A stretch of 64,000 nt of DNA from Phoronis australis (Eukaryota > Animalia > Phoronida), in NCBI GenBank assembly GCA_002633005.1, contig NMRA01000435.1:62001-126000 (forward strand), read 5' to 3'. Below the pieces are notes generated by a model. The model ran no database searches. It worked only from the letters and a program-made list of their open reading frames with translations, and had not been told where the DNA came from. Of this stretch, positions 12,111 to 24,677 are shown piece after piece. Position numbers and translations under genes: made by a program. Position 1 is the stretch's first letter. The number at the start of each line of letters is the position of its first letter.

Positions 12111-13958
12111 ATGTTTGTATTGTGCGTTCTGTTTCAAAATGAATTATTCTCACCCTAACCAATGCTTGTATAAATTGAAGCAAAGTCTGTCTCATTAGAT
12201 ACAATTTGTAATACCTCACAGTGTTCGTGAGTGCAAATGTTTTGAGAAGCTAGCAATGAATAAATCACTGCGTTACCGGATTTAGATGCAATGAACCGGC
12301 TAATTCAGTGATCGGTCACCGTGGTCGTGTGTGTACTTGCTAATTCAGTGTTTGCTGACAGAAAGCTGTTGTGAAACAATAACTCCATTTTATATCCTAT
12401 GATCAGATGTTAGGGGAATCTTTATTTATATATTCATGTACATTATTCGAATCATTGTTACTGTACAATTTTTTTGCCCTGACGGTCTGTGGATGGGCAA
12501 CCTGACTAGCGGCCCCTGACGAGTTAGTAAGTAGATTTGCAGGTTTGTCAAAATAATCAGCGTGCACATTTTTTCTTTGGCTCACTAGTGTAGTGTTTTC
12601 GTGACTGGAAGTTTTGTTTCCAACCTTGGCTGGTTTATGTTCATGAAGTTCAGTCCGGCTGCGATGGGCCTGGTCGGGTTCCGAGCCGGGATAGCAAGTG
12701 TTGTGTGTGTTTAGAACAGAAAAAATCGCAAGTCTAAAATTGTTCTCATGTCTGTATTTCACGAAAGAATAATTTGAATTTATCACCAAACAGACCCCAA
12801 ACTCCTGCGACCGACCGTGCGGTAAATTGATCTACTGAACTTTGTAGGCTAGGATACGTTTAAATACCTGAAAATCCATACCAGCGAAATAAAATAACAC
12901 GTTTGTATAATAACTCGATATATATGTAAAGATTTTACATCAAATTTTGATGGTTTATTGGTGTAAAATGATGAATTCAAGCGATAAGCTGACACCAGTA
13001 ATCGTGTTGTGAACTGCTGAACAGACTGCATTCGAACCTCTGACGTCACTGGTTAATTTCAACACCTCCCTCAGCCGTAAGGTGTCTGGTAAAAGAGCTG
13101 TACCTACTGTTATCCAGTGGAACTACTCATCTAAATTGATACAAAATAGGTTGTTTTTGGGTGGCATTCTCCTTTAATGTAAGTGGCCTCTTTGATCAGT
13201 GCCAATATTCCTCTCTGGATAAAAATTGAGTATAATAAAAAATTCAGTTTAAGACAAAATATGGTGTAATGAGTAAAATTTCTTCTTTTGTCAAATTTTT
13301 CAAAATATGACTAACTATTGATTGTTTTGGTTTTCGCATGGCTTATTGTAATGCCACTAAACATCATTGAGTCAACTTAAGTCATTTATAGTATAATGCA
13401 AGGGTAAGCCTTTAGTATTTAGTTTTGTTCCCAATTGAAAATTTTTTTCTACCGTACGGTAATTTCTCACAAATTTTGGACACATGTAATTACCAGAATT
13501 GGTCTTTTCTCGGAATCATTGTCTGATGGTAGGTATTGTATAAATCTGCAAAGCGATATATATAGCATTTATATGCAGATTGGTGTAACTGTTCTTTTAT
13601 CCGCCTCACTTGTCGGCCATATGGTGTTCTAAATTTGGGAGATTTTACCATACATTTATAATACATGCACGTGCATGTGCACACGTGCATAATATGATCT
13701 GCACATACGCATTTTATGATCTGCATATAGTCAAGGCTAAAGTTTTTCAAGCTCGGGAATTACTCTAACGTAGATAAGGTACAAATTGAGATGAAATTCA
13801 TTATGGTGTGTCACCGTGCGTGGACAAATTCAACAGCTAGTGTTTTCGTATTAAAAAACTGACAAACATGGGCGCCTCGAGAGTTGTTGAATTATTCATG
13901 TGCCTTGAAAATAATGTATTATGTACGAACCTTTCTCGAGCCCTGTTTCTAATTGCAG

Positions 13959-14071
13959 GTACGCTGACTAGTGGTAAAAAGTTTGACTCGTCCCGAGATC
14001 GCGGCCAACCGTTTACCTTCAAAATTGGTGCTGGTGAAGTGATCCGAGGCTGGGATGAAGGGGTGGCCCAG
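13959..14071 (+). CDS. FKBP1A: FKBP12 coding exon 3 ([37 protein letters not shown])
   Basis: 113-nt exon with ttgcAG acceptor and CAG|GTGAAT donor. Contains the hallmark FDSSRDR and VIRGWDEGV motifs. Confidence 0.97.
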
Positions 14072-14903
14072 GTGAATCAGTTAGAAATTGAAAAACCTCA
14101 AACTTACAAAATTTATACAATTACCTTCTTGTTGAAAAAAGTGCGCTATGTCGAAAGAGCATCAGTTGGCGAAAAATTTTGATTAAAAATTAGTTTTCAT
14201 GAAAATTTGTTGTATAGCTTTTTTACAAAAAGAGCATCTAACGAAACTTGCATGCAATGGTGAATGAAAACAGCCGTGTTGTTGCTTTTTAGTTCAATAC
14301 AAAACATATTTATGGTAAGCAAATGAATTGGCTGTGTGCTGATTCAACTAAATTTACAGGCAGGTCTACGATATCCTAAGGGTGTAGTCCCACCACAGTT
14401 TTAGAAAGAAAGCGTCCGTGTAGGCCCTAGGCACGTTAACATAACATTTTTGTCTAACTTGTTCTTAAGGGAGGGGCGCGGTGCTGTTTCTTAAATCCGT
14501 CTATGAATTTTAATTAAAACTTTTATGAATCATTGTTTCCGTAAACACGCACTTTTCCAATTATTTGAATTCATGATGCGTGCCTGAAGTAGCTAGACTT
14601 GAGTAAGCTAAAATTCATGTATAATAATCGAATTGCCAAATGTTTTATGTTATTCATGGAAATGAATCACAGTCTTTGATCCGTGTATTAAAAAATCCTG
14701 AGGCTGCATGCCTTTGTGTTCTCTAAGTGGAGCAGATTTCTCTGAGGATTGCGATTCAATTTTTCCAAAAATTATAATTTGTTACGCAAGGACAGGTGAC
14801 CTTTGGGATTTTTTACGCCGTTCAAAGGTCAAGATTCGTTTCGATGTATAAAATATCATGTGATATCTTGAGTAATAAGTATGAAGTCTTTTTATTTCAA
14901 CAG

Positions 14904-14977
14904 ATGTCAAAGGGTCAAAGATGTAAGCTGACTATTACTCCAGACTATGGCTACGGTTCACGTGGGTACCCTGGCGT
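14904..14977 (+). CDS. FKBP1A: FKBP12 coding exon 4 ([25 protein letters not shown])
   Basis: caacAG acceptor; FKBP PDYxYG motif; ends at a U12 donor ATATCCTTT (14978). Confidence 0.93.
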
Positions 14978-15709
14978 ATATCCTTTCTGAATAATTCAGC
15001 TTGGCTCTTTAAGATTTTTGGTTTGTTTAGCCTCCCAAGTTGACATTAATGTTGTTATTATCATGAAACTATCGAGCTGTTTTGTCGTGAGGAAATCTTT
15101 TTAAACTAAACTTTGCGCTCTTATCGATATCAGTTGATGTGAGAAGTGGTGAAATTATTTAGTTGTCATTTCGGACTGCATTGTAGTCATTTCGCTAAAA
15201 TCTGATCAATTTCAGACAAAAATAATTGCCAAATTGCACTTTGCAAGTAGAAGACTGAAAATACCTGCTTAATTATAAATTGTAAAGTTGCCATAAAACC
15301 ACACTTGGTAAATATTTAATCATTTGTAGTAATGAGAAATTAGAGAAGCATTGCTAGAATGACAGGCTAAACAAGAATTTGTTTTCATGCTTCATTCTGA
15401 TATTCACTCAAACAAATAAGGCGCTGTCTGAAATGTCGATGGTAAATTCTTCAGTCATTTCGCCCAAAATTAATTGTTAAAAAGTGTCATTTTGTAACTT
15501 TAAAGCTTGTTCCAGTGGTATGACTAATTGGATGTATGTCAAATGCCTTTTTATGACAGTCATATTGTACAAATTTCATATGCAAAAATTTTCTTGAGGT
15601 GCATTTTTTGCAATTTCACGTTTCCATAATTGGGGAGTAAGTAGGTGACAGACACCGTATTTTTGAAGTTTTTGCCGTGTATGCATAGTTTGCCTTAACT
15701 CATGCTCAC
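14978..15709 (+). other. U12-type (minor spliceosome) AT-AC intron of FKBP12
   Basis: 5' end ATATCCTTT, branch site tgCCTTAAC at 15691-15699, and terminal AC at 15708-15709. Removing it restores GV|IPPNATLIFDVEL in frame. Confidence 0.92.
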
Positions 15710-15764
15710 TATTCCACCAAATGCTACACTTATCTTTGACGTGGAACTGATCAGCATCAAGTGA
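15710..15764 (+). CDS. FKBP1A: FKBP12 last coding exon (IPPNATLIFDVELISIK*)
   Basis: Canonical FKBP12 C-terminus IPPNATLxFDVEL, with TGA at 15762-15764. Confidence 0.95.
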
Positions 15765-18113
15765 TCTGCAAGTTGGCAGTTGTGCAACCGTCTGTGCACG
15801 CAGGCGCCTTACTGACTGCATATTCTATCACACCCTCACCGCATTATTCACACATCTTGTATACACAGAATTTTTTTCGCTTTTTTTCTATCACGCACCT
15901 TCGTTGGCACAGCGGATGACAGAGCACTACTTAAAGCTGCGGAAAATGTTTAGTACATTGATCGTTGACAAGTGGACGCTGGAAATGGCTGTTGGACTGT
16001 ATTTTGTTATGAAGAGGTTGTAATCATCGTTATCATCGCTGTCACAGTGCTCTTTGACTTGGACAATTACAGCGGCTATGGATTGGTCGTCACTGTTTTC
16101 GAAAAGTCAATAAGAGTTGTATGTTATGTGGTCACATGACCAGGTGCAAGAACTGGCCATTGGTGATAACGACAGAGTCCAATAGATGGTGCTGCTGTGG
16201 TGCCTTATTAAGTCCTGGAAGCTTTTCCCCTACTTCACTAGTTGAGCGATTCTTTTGGAAGGCCTGCAAAAGCAGTGACTTCTTTATTAGGGTTTGAAGC
16301 AACTTTAAGATAAGTGTTTTTTACTTGATAAACGTTGCATGTATCATGCATTTGTATACTCTCTTGTAGTGTCCAACTTTGTCGTCTCATTCAGAAGTAC
16401 TATTAATGTAGTCGATTCTGATCTTTAATTGCCAAAAAATAATGGTTCTAATTGGGACCTTTCAGATACAGATTTATCTTCTCAAGGATTGTGCGGATGA
16501 ATCGTCTTGAAAGGCTTAAAAAATTTAAAGATTTTTGTACAACAAAAAAACCTCAATATACTGTCATTTGAATGGAGACCTGCATTTTTATTGCCCTTCC
16601 AACATTTAGCAAAATTAGTAATGCGCATGCATTTTTCTGAACATCATTGATAGTAAAGCCTTGAAAATGTTCATTACATTGAAGGAGCTTCTTCCAGTTG
16701 TATGGTATCGTAAAATTAAATTCAAAGTCAATAGCCACACCCTGATTTCAGCTCCTTTTTTGCAGCAGAAGGAAAACGCATAGTATAGTCGACTTAAATT
16801 TTAAAATACACGTTGCGTACGAAAAACACCTTTCTTATTCAACACTGAAGCCTCTAATATTTATTAGCATCTCAAGGACAATACTAACGTTCATGGCAGA
16901 GGAAGGTATGCAGTGAAGATATTACAAATACAAAACCATATTGTTTAAATAATTTCGGTACATATGCCTAAACAACTGCTTACTAAAGCATTCAATAATT
17001 AATTAATAATTTTACATATACATTACATTGGTTACAAACTTTAACGGACAGTAATGTGTCAAAGATATGCTTGTGTTCAGTTCCATTCACATCGGTGTCC
17101 AAATCCTATGCCGACACAAATGCGCGCATTTTAAATGATAAACATGTGTGATAAACCATTCCGCACATTTCTCCAATGTTGTTATTTCAGAAACTCAATA
17201 TTAATCGTGTTCAGTATAATTACTGACAACTTCTCATACTCAACCTAAGATACATTTAATTATTGATTCGTCTGCAAATTCTATGAGATACGCAAGCGGA
17301 ACATAACCTATATTGCACTATAATGTAACACGTGTTGTAAAAAACAGTTAATTTAACCAATTTACAATTGAAAATGCAGCAAATTAAAACCAAACACTTC
17401 TGGAATTTCACAGTAATTTTCTCCCAATGTCAAGAAGCCACCTGGGAATTAATGACCGACTGGTTCACATGGAGATTGCACTGCCCTCTGTTGGTGTTCA
17501 AAAATAACTCCAGGGCCCTGGGCCATGAGTCAGACAATGCAAATCTGAGCCCTCTGTCTGTCCTTCAGACGACTTGGCAACACTGGGATATAATTACTGG
17601 AAGTTTCCAAACATTTGGTTTATGATTTACCTGCACTAAGAGTAACTAACAAAATATCGTAATAAGAATCATCAAATCACTTTCATAACACTAAGAAGGC
17701 ACGCAATATTTTCTAAATACAGAAAGTGCGCACCAGTTTTGCAATAATGCAATGCAAACATCTGCAAATTATTCTGACGAAATTTTAAGCCAAATATACG
17801 CTGCATGCAACTAGTGTAGCGTCCGAGTGACCAGTTGACTAACTTAACTTTTAAAGTGTTTTCTACTATTTAAATTTACAAAACTATTTCTAGTTAACCA
17901 AAATTCGTAAGACACAAGATTCCTGGAAAGGGCAAAACTTAAGACGGACAAAAATTATGAACGTGTATGATACCACACATTCAACCTTGTTTGGTTTTCA
18001 ATTCCACATTGACTGAACAAGAAATAAGCAGTCAGTGAGTACCCCAAATAAGACATATACGTGTAACACAGTTCCAGTTGTCTATGAAAACTTGCAATTT
18101 TAAGGTTAATTTA

Positions 18114-18477
18114 CAGTAAAAATTCTCCACTTAGGACAGTCGCGAAATTTGGGACACCGAACTTGAAACTGAAATCGAAGTTTCTCCATTCTGATGATTA
18201 GCATGGGGCGATTCTCTGGCATTCGTCATATTTTTTTAAATATCAGACACTCCAGTTTGCATCAACAGAATCTGAACACAGACAGAGCAATTCATAGAAT
18301 TGTCAATCATGTGTTCCTGTAGTACACAACATCACAGTGAATGCCTTAATTTTTGTAGACAATAGTACTTCTTGAATTCGGGACGTCCAATATAGCCAAT
18401 TTCCAACGTTTGATACAAGCTCAGACTGTGAGCAAAATAAGCAATTTTTCACTGTCCCAAACTGAACAATTATACCG
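18114..18477. mobile_element. Old TA-flanked MITE-like element in the putative MIB1 3' UTR region
   Basis: Degenerate TIRs ta|CAGTAAAAATTCTCCACTTAGGACAGT... and ...ACTGTCCCAAACTGAACAATTATACCG|ta, with many mismatches. Confidence 0.35.
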
Positions 18478-19765
18478 TAAGTCCTGTATTGAATTTTCTA
18501 AACATGCAGGACGTGGGTCTCCCCAAGTATAGTACAAACACTGTGTCCAGTTACTGACTACACAGGTCAAGCAAACATCTAGCTTATCTTAAGTTAACTC
18601 GCACTCACGTCAACTAGTATCTAAGTCAACTCCTGGTAATTCTTTGCACGCTGCTAAGTTCAACTACAACTGGTCTGCGAGAAAAATTAAACTGGCCTGG
18701 GTAAGAGCAAACTCAGACACGAGTTGACTTGGGTACAATCTGACCAGCTACGGCCTTACCAAAAAAACTGTGGCAACTAACTTGACTAAATTAACTCAGC
18801 ATTGTTCGTTTGCAACTAAAGACGTTGCTTTTTGCACAGAATAAACCAACATCTACGGTAAGACACAACAGGAAAATTACGTGATTTTGCAACACAACTT
18901 TTGACATACTACATTTTCTCCTTACACAGCTTACAGTACATATGGAGAATGGTTATTGTGCAAATACACACCGAGAACGACGCCCAAAACATAAATCCAG
19001 TCTTCTGGAACAACTTTTAAGGACATTCTCTAGACGAATGGAAAATGTCCGATTCGCGACAACCAGGCAATTATGAGCAGATGGGAGCTGAGATTTGTAA
19101 GCTTATAATCGCGTATTCCTCACCACCTTAATGAATGGTAAGGAGCACCATCTTAGAAATGGCATTTTGATTTTCATATGAATAAGTAACTCTTAAACCA
19201 GATAGCAGAAGGTGGAGGCAGAAATCTTTTCAGACTTGTATTTATTAGGTCACGTGATAGGCGTGCTGACCAGACTTATTGCGGTATTTTGATTATTAAC
19301 AAAACAAGCTATAATTTCTTTAATTGACGCTTAAAGACCTCGATAACTGAAGTTTGACCAGTGGTGACCTGGTAGGCGATAAAGCTCATTCTAATGATAC
19401 TCACAACGTTGACTATGGACCATGAGAGCAATCTTTCTCGACAACAAAATAAACCAATTTGTTAGCTTTTGACCACCAGATGGAGCAAACAAACACTGCA
19501 AACGAGTGCCAGGATACATGCAAAAAACATTCAAAATAACCGAAAAGGCATTAAAACAAACAAGCCGATTACACCCAGTCCCTGAAGCTAAATTGATTGG
19601 GTAGAATATGACAGAGGACAGATTTGGGAGATACTGGGTGTTTGGGTCCCCTGAGTATGAATAGACAAGTCACACGTGTAAACACTGACAAACACTACGA
19701 TATGAATGTACAGCCAGCATCCCTTGCAAAGTCTTGGATCCACCTGAGGTGTTCTTTTCCTGCCT

Positions 19766-19906
19766 TTAGTAAAGTAAGATCCTCTTTTCCACTGTCTTCC
19801 TACAGATGGGGCACTCCTGCATGCGATCGCCGCACAGCTGGCACGTACCGTGGCCACACATAAATATCATATTCTTCAGGCGATCCATACAGACAGGACA
19901 GCTCGT
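19766..19906 (-). CDS. MIB1: MIB1 last coding exon, RING3 ([46 protein letters not shown])
   Basis: tttccAG acceptor; near identity to the MIB1 C-terminal RING; TAA at 19766-19768. Confidence 0.97.
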   Translation of the reverse strand, partial: TSCPVCMDRLKNMIFMCGHGTCQLCGDRMQECPICRKTVEKRILLY

Positions 19907-20060
19907 CTGGAAACAAAACAGCTGGGACATTAGGGACATGTATCACAGAACCAACACCATTCCCCACTATCTGACCATCGGGGTAGCGATATTCGCTATA
20001 TCTAATTCTGAAATTAATTCTCAACTATTTCACTGGCTGTACTTCGGGAGCAAGTTTTCG

Positions 20061-20297
20061 GTTATACAGAATTGGTTGAACGCACGACACTTTTCATTGT
20101 TCACAGTCTTTATTCCGTTACGTTCGGACATTCGGAACAAAACTCTACTCTCAACTGAACACAGATAAAGTAACTGACCTAGCGACATAATTAAAAGACA
20201 CAGTTGAGACTAGAGTTTTGTTCCGAAGGTACGAACGTAATGGAATAAAGACTGTGAACAATGAAAAGTGTCATGCGTTCAACCAATTCTGTATAAC
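20061..20297. mobile_element. Fold-back (palindromic) MITE-like element: 97-bp arms and a 43-bp spacer
   Basis: 20061-20157 is the reverse complement of 20201-20297 with few mismatches. A direct repeat aactatttcactg lies at 20023-20035 and 20295-20307. Confidence 0.8.
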
Positions 20298-21013
20298 TAT
20301 TTCACTGCCTATGTCACCTTTTGGCCACTTCACACACGACACGTCTGAATGCCTATTTTAAGCTGTAGAAACGGGGGCGCTGGTAGCAGTTTATGACATC
20401 ATATGACCACTTTATGTTAGTCTTTTGATTGGCAAAAAAGAGTTGAAGAAATCAAATTTTTTCTCAAAATAAGAGTGATTGTTGATGTTGATTTGTCTGA
20501 ACTGTTGCGATCAAAGCTATGACAGCTAGATATTCTGTCGACGGTGTTATATCGTAAACTGTTTATGATTTTGACTGTCTGACGACGCATGTAAACATTC
20601 AAAACCACATAGAATTTTCACGTTTCAAATAAGGATTTCATAACCTTTTCCATTTGTGCACCCAAGCTTTCCAATTTCCTCAAAATTAAATTAGCACTGG
20701 GAAGTGCATCTCGCACTCGAAAGTTTGTCAGTGAGAGTTCAGCAAAGCCAGCAACGACCAAAACATAATGACGCAGTTGACGTAGGCAGCTCTAACAAAA
20801 GACTATCTGTGATCACATCAACGAAAGATTTTAAAAACATAAATATCCCTATAAAGAATGTTTCTATATTGAGATTTAACAAGATCAAATGATCAATATG
20901 AAACACTCCTATCCAGGCACACTACTGAATCCTATTTATCTTGATGGCAAGCACCTTTATTTAACCACAGTTCAACATTAATCAGGAAGGAGAAAGAGAT
21001 GCGAAGAGCGTAC

Positions 21014-21123
21014 CTGGTCTTTGATGTCTTGCAGTTGTTGCTGCAACTTTTGTACGTCGACGGCCGTCGTGTCACGTGATCCATTGTTCATTATGCTTGC
21101 CTGGGCGGGGGCTGAAGGGGGCG
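21014..21123 (-). CDS. MIB1: MIB1 penultimate coding exon, copy A (PPSAPAQASIMNNGSRDTTAVDVQKLQQQLQDIKDQ)
   Basis: 110 nt with AG/GT boundaries. DVQKLQQQLQDIK matches the MIB1 coiled coil before RING3. Confidence 0.85.
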
Positions 21124-22557
21124 CTGAGAACAACAAAAACATTCCAAGTTAACATTGCACCAACATCAAACAATACACTGTACCAGAAAAGTGACCAACT
21201 TCTTGGTTCACTTCTAGCCCACTTTCAAATTTCACACCATGGCATTAGACAATGTTCGTGTTTAGTTTCACATTAACCTGATCTCTATCCTATGTTCAAT
21301 AAGCAATTCACAATATAGATTTTAGTAAATGACTGATACCAACCTGAGTTTTTCAAGATCATTTGTAGCTTCTGTATGTCAATACTAGTGGCGGGGTCTT
21401 GGCCTGCTCCCTTAAAGTATGTACTGGCATTGGGCACTGAAATAACAACACTTCATTATTTACAGACCACTTGCAATCCTCACTGTTTCTAAATGAAAAG
21501 ACACAGCGCCATCTAGAGAGCATGCAAAGAAGTCATAGAAATCAACNTGAACTCTAGCGATCAAAGCTATGGCAGCTAGATATTCTGTCGACGGTGTTAT
21601 ATCGTAAACTGTTAATGATTTTGACTGTCTGACGATGCATGTAAACATTCAAAACCACATAGAATTTTCACGTTTCAAATAAGGATTTCATAACCTTTTC
21701 CATTTGTGCACCCAAGCTTTCCAATTTCCTCAAAATTAAATTAGCACCGGGAAGTGCATCTCGCACTCGAAAGTTTGTCAGTGAGAGTTCAGCAAACCCA
21801 GCAACGACCAAAACATAATGACGCAGTTGATGTAGGCAGCTCTAACAAAAGACTATTCGTGATCACATGACACAGGTTTATTATCAGTTTACTCAACTGG
21901 TCACTGCACCCAAAGGAGCAACAGGGGTTTTGCTGTGACCATCACCAGGGTCTGAGACCTCCAATCTTTTCTTGGGACTCGACTAAATACTTGACCAATC
22001 GTGTGGCACACTCCGGGTAAAATTTAAATTACACACAACAATGTAACTGGTCTACTTTTTAATTGTCTTGCAAGTAAAATTTGATGGTTTTGGACCCAGA
22101 TGTGTCGAAGAACCAACAGAATTCATTTTGAAAATGAGTGCTTGGTAGAACAGGAGGGGAACCCAATACCATTTTAAATGTATATGATTTTAAAAACACT
22201 ATAATTTTGGCAGTAATCTTTCTCGTATACATGTTTGATCTGTTACCTATTGATGTCGTTTGGATTTTTGTTGCACTGTTGTGATGTAAAGACAAGATCT
22301 CTATTTAGAGACTTGGAAAGAACTGAGATTAAACTAGTAAAAACAGAACAAAGTCCTGTCTTCAACGAAAGATTTTAAAAACATAAATATCCCTACAAAG
22401 AATATTTGTATGTTGAGATTTAACGAGATCAAATGATCAATATGAAACAGTCCTATCCAGGCACACTGCTAAATCCTATTTATCTTGATGGCAAGCACCT
22501 TTATTTAACCACAGTTCAACATTAATCAGGAGGGAGAAAGAGATGCGAAGGGCGTAC

Positions 22558-22667
22558 CTGGTCTTTGATATCTTGCAGTTGTTGCTGCAGTTTCTGTACG
22601 TCGACGGCCGTCGTGTCACGTGATCCATTGTTCATTATGCTTGCCTGGGCGGGGGCTGAAGGGGGCG
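22558..22667 (-). CDS. MIB1: MIB1 penultimate coding exon, copy B (same peptide as copy A)
   Basis: 110 nt with the same splice sites; only synonymous differences from copy A. Confidence 0.85.
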
Positions 22668-23627
22668 CTGAGAACAACAAAAACATTCCAAGTTAACATT
22701 GCACCAACATCAAACAATACACTGTACCAGAAAAGTGACCAACTTCTTGGTTCACTTCTAGCCCACTTTCAAATTTCACACCATGGCATTAGACAATGTT
22801 CGTGTTTAGTTTCACATTAACCTGATCTCTATCCTATGTTCAATAAGCAATTCACAATATAGATTTTAGTAAATGACTGATACCAACCTGAGTTTTTCAA
22901 GATCATTTGTAGCTTCTGTATGTCAATACTAGTGGCGGGGTCTTGGCCTGCTCCCTTAAAGTATGTACTGGCATTGGGCACTGAAATAACAACACTTCAT
23001 TATTTACAGACCACTTGCAATCCTCACTGTTTCTAAATGAAAAGACACAGCGCCATCTAGAGAGCATGCAAAGAAGTCATAGAAATCAACTTTACATGAA
23101 GGTTTAAGATGGCCAGTTGGTGTTTTACACAATCAGGTGATTATATATCAGAAAACTTGAATTGTGACAGGTTGTATCCCACAAACGACAAAAAAATAAA
23201 TGTTTCATCTCATCAAAACCCAGAATACCCGCAAGCTAGATTTCTAGTATAACCACAAACTATCAAGTCACTGTCCACAACTACGAACACATAAAAACTA
23301 CTGGTATGACTGCAGCTGCAAGAGAAAAAGGACACCCAACATAACACTCTTGTGAATCAATCACCCTTTGATATTTGGTTATTGACTTTTGCGAAACCAT
23401 TAAGTGAGCATGGTTGTTTGTATGCTTGTGTTAATATTTCATTGTGTATGTATAATAGTTGTAAAAGGTGCCAACATTTGCAGCCCCACCTTTTAGCAGA
23501 ATTGGGAAATGCAGAAGATTTTAACAGCCTCTAATAGGATCATGCCCAGTGGTGACGGCAGTGACACCATGTGAGTGACAAAGGAAGTAAGAGACAGCAG
23601 TTGGCCAGTCACGGCTCGGAGACTTAC

Positions 23628-23714
23628 TGGATCCTCCGCAGCAGACAATGAACGGAATCATCTTGTCAATGGAGGAACGGCACTGGACACACTTCTTCAT
23701 CAAGGCGGCGCAAC
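23628..23714 (-). CDS. MIB1: MIB1 exon, RING2 C-terminal part (CAALMKKCVQCRSSIDKMIPFIVCCGGS)
   Basis: 87 nt; accAG acceptor and GTAAGT donor; phases fit the neighbouring exons. Confidence 0.95.
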
Positions 23715-24066
23715 CTGGTGGCAAAACGAAACACTTAGTTACCAGGCAAAAACGTAACAGACACCTACCAAGCATTACTTTCACTAAAGTGTGAGCAAAT
23801 CAACATTTTATTAACTCCTAAGCTTCAGTTGAGCAAAGATCTTCATTGTGTTGGAGACAAAATTCTCGAGAGCAATAATTTCAATCAAAAATTTCACTTT
23901 CTAAACAATTTACTTTTATGTGACAATTTCAATCTTTTTTCATAGTACAGCACATTTACTAGGCCAGAAAGCTACAAATCTTAACCAAGTGAGAGCAATG
24001 ATTGACAAGAGCAAATCTTTTCAAACAATAAATGATCAGTCGACTAATAAACATGGAGGAACCCAC

Positions 24067-24145
24067 CATCACAAGCACAGATGTGACCGCATGGCTTGAA
24101 CAACATGGAGGCCTTCTTATCAGAGCAGACGACACACTCTTCAAT
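24067..24145 (-). CDS. MIB1: MIB1 exon, RING2 N-terminal part ([26 protein letters not shown])
   Basis: 79 nt; ttcAG acceptor and GTGGGT donor; MIB1 RING motif. Confidence 0.95.
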
Positions 24146-24677
24146 CTGAAGACATAAGGGGAGATAACGCACACATGTATAAAATAAAAACAAGTGACCA
24201 AGTGACTTCATGAACACTAAAACCAAAATATATTTAAAAATAACAGTTTAAGTTATTTTCAATCTCTTAACATCCAACGTTCAATATTATCGCGTGACAT
24301 TGTACATTCTGTCATAGAGTAACACTGAAGCATCACCTCATGTCTTAGCATTTATAGGCACAAGTAATAACTCGTACAAGAGCAGACCCACACTCAGTTG
24401 CTCTCAGCCAACATGAGGCATACAAATACTGTGTTGTTTTGAAACGCATGTTTCAGTGGCAAGAATTCTCTTGTGTTGACTTTGCATCTGGCAAGGTTCT
24501 GAAGTAAAGGCCTTAACACATAATAGTTACCCCAAGTATTAAACTACAACGAAGCTCCCAGATGGCATTTAAGGCTTGTCAAACTGCCTTAAACACAATT
24601 CGAAGATGATAATTTCAGGTTGCTGAAAGTACGTGGAAACATCCTGTTATCCCACAAGAACACGTCATGACACTTAC

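Larger units (their letters stand above)
11210..13173. mobile_element. Kolobok-type DNA transposon, internally deleted and degenerate (1964 bp)
   Basis: TTAA TSDs at 11206-11209 and 13174-13177; 15-bp TIRs AGGAGAATACCACCC / GGGTGGCATTCTCCT (1 mismatch); convergent THAP and KolX-like coding remnants inside. Confidence 0.85.
20498..23090. repeat. Tandem duplication (20498-21546 / 21548-23090) joined by a single N and containing a MIB1 exon; probable uncollapsed haplotypes
   Basis: N at 21547 at the junction. The copies are near-identical except for SNPs and a ~0.5-kb segment (~21868-22362) present only in the second copy. Confidence 0.85.

Noticed and set aside
12968-13049. C/D box snoRNA candidate (ATGATGA...CTGA)
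   Set aside because: It lies inside the transposon, with a weak terminal stem and no recognisable rRNA/snRNA guide.
13868-14182. Intronless 104-aa FKBP ORF
   Set aside because: Only 13959-14071 is FKBP-like and bounded by splice sites; the flanks are intron read-through.
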